A stretch of 20,000 nt of DNA, taken from the IMG/VR virus record IMGVR_UViG_3300042006_000071. One strand, written 5' to 3'. Shown here piece by piece: positions 16,929 through 20,000 of the stretch. Source of the stretch: an uncultured virus (IMG/VR IMGVR_UViG_3300042006_000071) (lineage: Duplodnaviria > Heunggongvirae > Uroviricota > Caudoviricetes). Within the stretch, counting starts at the first letter, position 1; each line of letters begins with the position of its first letter. The notes below the pieces were generated by a model. The model worked only from the letters and a program-made list of their open reading frames with translations. It did not search any database and had not been told where the DNA came from. The translations under genes and the position numbers were made by a program.

Positions 16929-19549
16929 AGAACAAAGAGCACACACTGGGCAGCAGCGGCCCACTGGCAGTGTTCGGTGAGCAGCTTATCGCCAATGGCT
17001 ACGCCATTGTCCCAATCGCTGTAGGTAAGAAGTCACCGAACTTTAACGGATGGGAGAAGTCCCGCGCCACGAACTCACTGCTGCGCGAATGGGTCGGCGA
17101 CGGCCACCTGCGCAGCGGTGTCGGCGTGCTGACGAAGGACACTCCCGCCGTGGACATCGACGTGCGTGATGAAGACTTCGCCAATGAGTGCGAAGAGAAG
17201 GCCATCGAGATTTTCGGTGCCGCGCCCTCGCGTATTGGCATGGCACCGAAGCGCTTGTTGGTGTATCGCACGAACGAGCCGTTCAAGAAGCTGAAGTCGA
17301 AGAAGTTCAAGACGCCCGATCCGATCAACGACGACGAGTGGGAAGAACACCAGATCGAAATCCTGTGCGACGGCCAGCAGTTCGTCGCCTATCACACGCA
17401 CCCGGACACCAACCGACCTTACGTGTGGCCGAATGAGCGCGTGACCGAAGACGGCGAGACGATCAAGGCCGGTGGCGTGCTCACGATCCCCCAGCGCAAG
17501 CTGACCGTCATCACCCAGGAGCAGTGTCAGGAGTACATCGACTGGTTCAACGAGCGCTGCGAAGAGAAGGGCTGGGCGCTCGCGCGCAAGGAACTCAATC
17601 ACCGCGAGGCGCAGCGCGGCGAGATCGAAATGAGCGAGTGGGCCGAGTACACGGACAAGGTGGAAGACCTGACCGACGAAGAACTGCGTGAACTGCTCAT
17701 GCTCGTGCCGGGCAACGACGACTACCATCGCTGGGTCGATGTCGGCATGGCGCTGTATCACCAGTACGAAGGCTCGAAGGAAGGTTTCGAGTTGTGGTGC
17801 GAGTGGTCGGAAGTCGGCTACCCCGACTTTGAAATGGACGACTGCAAGGCCAAGTGGTACGAGCGGAACTTCGCCGTCAAGGGCAAGCACCGTGCGCCGA
17901 TCACGTTCAAGTCGATTCTGGAATGGGCGCATGAAGCGGAGCGCGATCTGCGCAACGCGAAGTATCTGGAAATGATCGCCAAGTTCGAGAAGGTGCGCGA
18001 CCTGGGCGAGTGGGACGCGCTGAAGAAGGAAATGAACAACACGCCGATGCCCGCGTATCTGCGCGAGTCCGTCGTGAACTTGGCGAAGAAGCAGTTGGAG
18101 AAGGTGAACGGCGGTGCGAAGACCAGCGTTGTCCACGTGCGCAAGGAACTCGAATACAAGGTCGGCGACCACAAGATGCCGAAGTGGGTCAAGCCGTGGG
18201 TGTACGACAGCAGCGACGACCGCTTCTACGACACGGCGCGCAAGCGCAGCACCTCCAAGCAGGGCTTCGACGCGGAGTTCAACCGCATGGCGATCACCCC
18301 GCGCGACGAGGCGGACGGCAAGCAGTTCCCATCTAACTCGGCGAGCGATCTGGCCCTGACGGTCTTCAAGATTCCGGTCGTGGATGGACGCCGCTATGCG
18401 CCGGGCGAAGACAAGGTGTTCACCGAGGAAGGCGGCGCGAAGTTTGCAAACACCTACCCGGAGCACGAACTGCCGGACATGCCCGAATCGTATGCCGACA
18501 TGCGGCCTGCGGAGAAGCTGGCGATTGCGCGCGTGAAGAACCACATTCGTCACCTGTTGGCCGACAAGCGCGAGCGCGGCATCCTGGCCGACTGGCTGTC
18601 GTGGATCGCTCGCAATCCGTCGCAGCGCATCAACTGGTCGATTCTGCTGCAAGGCACCGAGGGCGACGGCAAGTCCTTCTTCGGCGAAATGATGCGCATG
18701 GTGCTCGGCCACTCCAACGTGAAGTCGATCACCGGCACGATCCTCGAAACCCCGTTCACCGGCTGGGCGGCTGGCTGCGTCCTGGCCTGCGTCGAAGAGG
18801 TGCGCATGGTCGGCGAGAACCGCTACGCGATCCTCAACAAGATCAAGCCGAACATCACGAACAAGTACGTCGATGTCCACCGCAAGGGTAAGGACGTGGT
18901 GAACGAGCCGAACACCGTCAACTACCTGATGTTCACGAACTACAAGGATGCGCTGCCGCTCGAAAAGGATGGCCGTCGCTACTGCGTGCTGTTCTCGAAG
19001 TGGCAGCGCAAGCCCGACCTTGACCGCTTTATCGACGAGAACCCGGATTACTACCGCAATCTGTACGACGCGATCTACGACCACCCAGGCGCGATCCGCT
19101 TCTGGTTGGTGCATCGTGACCTCGACGACGAGTTCAACGCACGTGGCGCTGCGCCGGACACCAACGCTCGCCGCGAAATGATCCAGAAGGCCGTGCCGGA
19201 ATTCATCAACAACACCCGCGACCTGATCGCCGACCGCGTGCATCCCCTGGTGTCGGAGGAACTGCTGTCCACGCTGGTGCTGAAACGCGAGTTGCTGCAT
19301 GCCGGGCATGACGCGCCGCAGCCGAAAGGCATGGTGGCGATGCTTGAGCGCGAAAGCTGGGAGCATGTCGGGCGGGTCAAGGTGGAAGGCGAAATGCACA
19401 GCATCTACTCTTTGGACGCTCGCCAGTGGATCGTGGTGCGCGAGCAAGACGATGCGGGCAATCTGCTCGACTTCCGACCGGATGCGGAGAAAATTCGGGT
19501 TCACGTGAAGAAAAACACGGTGAATCCGTTCGACGACGAAGAGTTATGA
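16925..19549 (+). CDS. Primase-helicase: Prim-Pol (AEP) + PriCT-2 + SF3/DUF5906-like ATPase
   Basis: N-terminal GYAIVPI..GKKSP, AVDIDV, GQQFVAYHTHPDT. Central DDYHRWVDVGMAL..WCEWS (PriCT-2). C-terminal Walker A GTEGDGKS, VEE, MFTN and GRRY. Confidence 0.93.
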   Translation: MKNKEHTLGSSGPLAVFGEQLIANGYAIVPIAVGKKSPNFNGWEKSRATNSLLREWVGDGHLRSGVGVLTKDTPAVDIDVRDEDFANECEEKAIEIFGAAPSRIGMAPKRLLVYRTNEPFKKLKSKKFKTPDPINDDEWEEHQIEILCDGQQFVAYHTHPDTNRPYVWPNERVTEDGETIKAGGVLTIPQRKLTVITQEQCQEYIDWFNERCEEKGWALARKELNHREAQRGEIEMSEWAEYTDKVEDLTDEELRELLMLVPGNDDYHRWVDVGMALYHQYEGSKEGFELWCEWSEVGYPDFEMDDCKAKWYERNFAVKGKHRAPITFKSILEWAHEAERDLRNAKYLEMIAKFEKVRDLGEWDALKKEMNNTPMPAYLRESVVNLAKKQLEKVNGGAKTSVVHVRKELEYKVGDHKMPKWVKPWVYDSSDDRFYDTARKRSTSKQGFDAEFNRMAITPRDEADGKQFPSNSASDLALTVFKIPVVDGRRYAPGEDKVFTEEGGAKFANTYPEHELPDMPESYADMRPAEKLAIARVKNHIRHLLADKRERGILADWLSWIARNPSQRINWSILLQGTEGDGKSFFGEMMRMVLGHSNVKSITGTILETPFTGWAAGCVLACVEEVRMVGENRYAILNKIKPNITNKYVDVHRKGKDVVNEPNTVNYLMFTNYKDALPLEKDGRRYCVLFSKWQRKPDLDRFIDENPDYYRNLYDAIYDHPGAIRFWLVHRDLDDEFNARGAAPDTNARREMIQKAVPEFINNTRDLIADRVHPLVSEELLSTLVLKRELLHAGHDAPQPKGMVAMLERESWEHVGRVKVEGEMHSIYSLDARQWIVVREQDDAGNLLDFRPDAEKIRVHVKKNTVNPFDDEEL

Positions 19550-19568
19550 CAAGGTAGCGGCGCTTTCG

Positions 19569-19592
19569 GCGGGCTTCGGCCCGCTTTTTTTT
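19569..19592 (+). terminator. Strong intrinsic terminator after primase
   Basis: GCGGGC-TTCG-GCCCGC followed by T8 (cUUCGg tetraloop). Confidence 0.92.
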
Positions 19593-19701
19593 CGCCCTGG
19601 TTTTTCGCTGATTTTTCTCCGTTTTTCGCGTTTTCGACCAAAATCGGCCAATTCTGCCAAAAACAGGCCGCGCACGTGTAAAACACCTGACAAGGGCAAA
19701 A

Positions 19702-19937
19702 AGTGTCAATTCACCTGCTAAATTTCGCGTTTTTCACCGGAACCCCGCTTTTTGCTCATTTTTTCATCACTTTTCTCTCTTTTTTGCTGAAAAAGGCGCT
19801 GGAAGAGTCGGAAAAAGGGGTAAAACCAATTCACGTAAGGGGAAAAAATGAAAAAAATTCTGTCGGAGCAGAGTAGGAAAATGCCCATTATCCAGCACTT
19901 CCAGCACCTCGACTTTTCGTGCCGGTGAATTGACACT
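19702..19937. repeat. Perfect 14-bp inverted repeat pair (19702-19715 / 19924-19937) in the terminal non-coding region
   Basis: AGTGTCAATTCACC and its exact reverse complement GGTGAATTGACACT. Core CAATTCAC recurs at 19827-19834. Confidence 0.85.
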
Positions 19938-19988
19938 GTTTTGCCTTGTTGGAGCTATGCAGAGTCCGAAAAAATCGCGGAAGTCGCG

Positions 19989-20000
19989 GCTCTCCGCGCC
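19989..20000 (-). other. Putative 12-nt cohesive end (cos), 5'-GGCGCGGAGAGC
   Basis: Reverse complement of the last 12 nt matches at 10/12 positions the phage chi cos overhang as I recall it (GGTGCGCAGAGC). The position next to the primase gene and the lambda-type TerL are consistent. Confidence 0.7.

Larger units (their letters stand above)
1..20000. mobile_element. Tailed dsDNA phage genome segment, chi-like/BcepNazgul-like siphovirus (Casjensviridae-type), terminal 20 kb
   Basis: Continuous phage gene content with no host genes. The order primase / DUF2800 / DUF2815 / DNA pol / VRR-NUC / helicase / terS / terL / gpW / portal / S49 protease / decoration / gpE-type capsid matches what I know of chi-like phages. 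No integrase is seen in the window. Confidence 0.9.

Noticed and set aside
17075..19504. 809-aa minus-strand ORF
   Set aside because: Antisense shadow of the primase-helicase gene.
9489..19695. TGACAAGG octamer at 9496-9489 (-), 19547-19554 (+) and 19688-19695 (+)
   Set aside because: Short, one copy overlaps a stop codon, and flanks do not align. Cannot be distinguished from chance without a count.
19377..19936. Minus-strand ORFs 19377-19709, 19501-19686 and 19718-19936
   Set aside because: K/F-rich translations of A/T homopolymer tracts with no convincing RBS. The region is better explained as terminal non-coding DNA.
19705..19961. TTGACA hexamers at 19710-19705 (-) and 19930-19935 (+) as sigma70 promoters
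   Set aside because: No acceptable -10 at 16-18 nt spacing. The nearest candidate TATGCA is 20 nt away.

Overview
The whole window is phage DNA: one terminal 20 kb of a chi-like / BcepNazgul-like (Casjensviridae-type) siphovirus genome, shown in reverse of the usual orientation. The minus strand carries a replication block (DUF2800 Cas4-like nuclease, DUF2815 SSB, family-B-type DNA polymerase, VRR-NUC, SNF2 helicase). This is followed by a lambda-like packaging and head block (HTH, TerS, TerL, gpW, portal, S49 protease with nested scaffold, decoration, major capsid, FI/FII/Z-like genes, start of a tail-terminator-like gene). A divergent plus-strand unit (HTH + primase-helicase) ends at a strong terminator, followed by a non-coding A/T-tract region. 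The last 12 nt look like a chi-type cohesive end and are preceded by a perfect 14-bp inverted repeat pair. The most unusual signal is that six unrelated proteins from different modules all end in an acidic (D/E)-(D/E/N)-L-COOH tail encoded by different codons, suggesting a shared C-terminal docking or sorting tag. A promoter embedded in a terminator/RBS hairpin at the early-to-late junction is also notable. All family assignments come from motif recognition and gene order, not from database searches.
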